Below, piece after piece: positions 63,922 through 64,000 of a DNA stretch of 64,000 nt. Location of the stretch: the NCBI GenBank assembly GCA_965263295.1, contig OZ253665.1, positions 1,856,001 through 1,920,000 on the forward strand, written 5' to 3'. The position numbers and the translations under genes are program-made. This DNA comes from Spirochaetia bacterium (lineage in GTDB: Bacteria; Spirochaetota; Spirochaetia; SP-2023). Under the pieces are notes generated by a model. The model was given only the letters and a program-made list of their open reading frames with translations, was not told where the DNA came from and searched no databases. How positions within the stretch are numbered: position 1 is the stretch's first letter; every line of letters starts with the position of its first letter.

Positions 63922-64000
63922 TTAAGGCTTGGGAGCAACCGTCAGATTAATTGTCTTGGCTGGATTCGCAAGTGCGACACTGGCAGATTTTCCACCTGTA
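63922..64000 (-). CDS. C-terminus of a paralog of the repeat lipoprotein (runs off window end)
   Basis: ...TGGKSASVALANPAKTINLTVAPKP* resembles ASVVLTTPSKKIELTVA of 48481-50562; shares its 3' UTR. Confidence 0.7.
   Translation of the reverse strand, partial: TGGKSASVALANPAKTINLTVAPKP

Overview
This is bacterial chromosomal DNA, most likely from an anaerobic spirochaete. That call is inferred from a spirochaete-style LysM lipoprotein, a 23S-5S rRNA unit with no linked 16S, and several lipoproteins. The left ~41 kb is mostly housekeeping: pgk-gap, ribB, a LysM/M23 protein, MscS, topA, DUF368, a heteromultimeric [FeFe]-hydrogenase operon with a divergent CBS-kinase/DRTGG/PHP cluster, a GlpA-like three-gene cluster, Re-citrate synthase plus aconitase, ferritin, 5S/23S rRNA and PPi-PFK. 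This part is interrupted by an AT-rich PHP-ATPase + AlbA/Schlafen pair (candidate anti-phage system) and by a Mu-like prophage remnant with pentapeptide-repeat genes. The right ~20 kb (44.07-63.84 kb) is the unusual part. It is a lattice of modular, strand-skewed repeats built from two mutually inverted modules: A = AACCACGAAAAACAC...TTCTAAAA and B = TTTCGTG...TTTCGTGGT. I count about 23 A modules by eye. One A...B unit carries a GxxExxY (PD-(D/E)XK-like) gene. Between units (B-cargo-A) sit a repeat-expanded lipoprotein and eight promoter-bearing copies of a membrane-anchored coiled-coil gene whose stalk length varies by heptad/hendecad units. Other lipoprotein genes border the lattice. A second rearranged Mu-like phage block, starting at a TGTGGGGG terminus also seen twice at 26.4-26.8 kb, interrupts the lattice. 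The best candidate for a new system is this GxxExxY-associated inverted-repeat lattice acting as an amplification and diversification platform for envelope genes. All calls are by eye from the sequence and ORF track; no searches were run, and repeat copy numbers could be affected by assembly.
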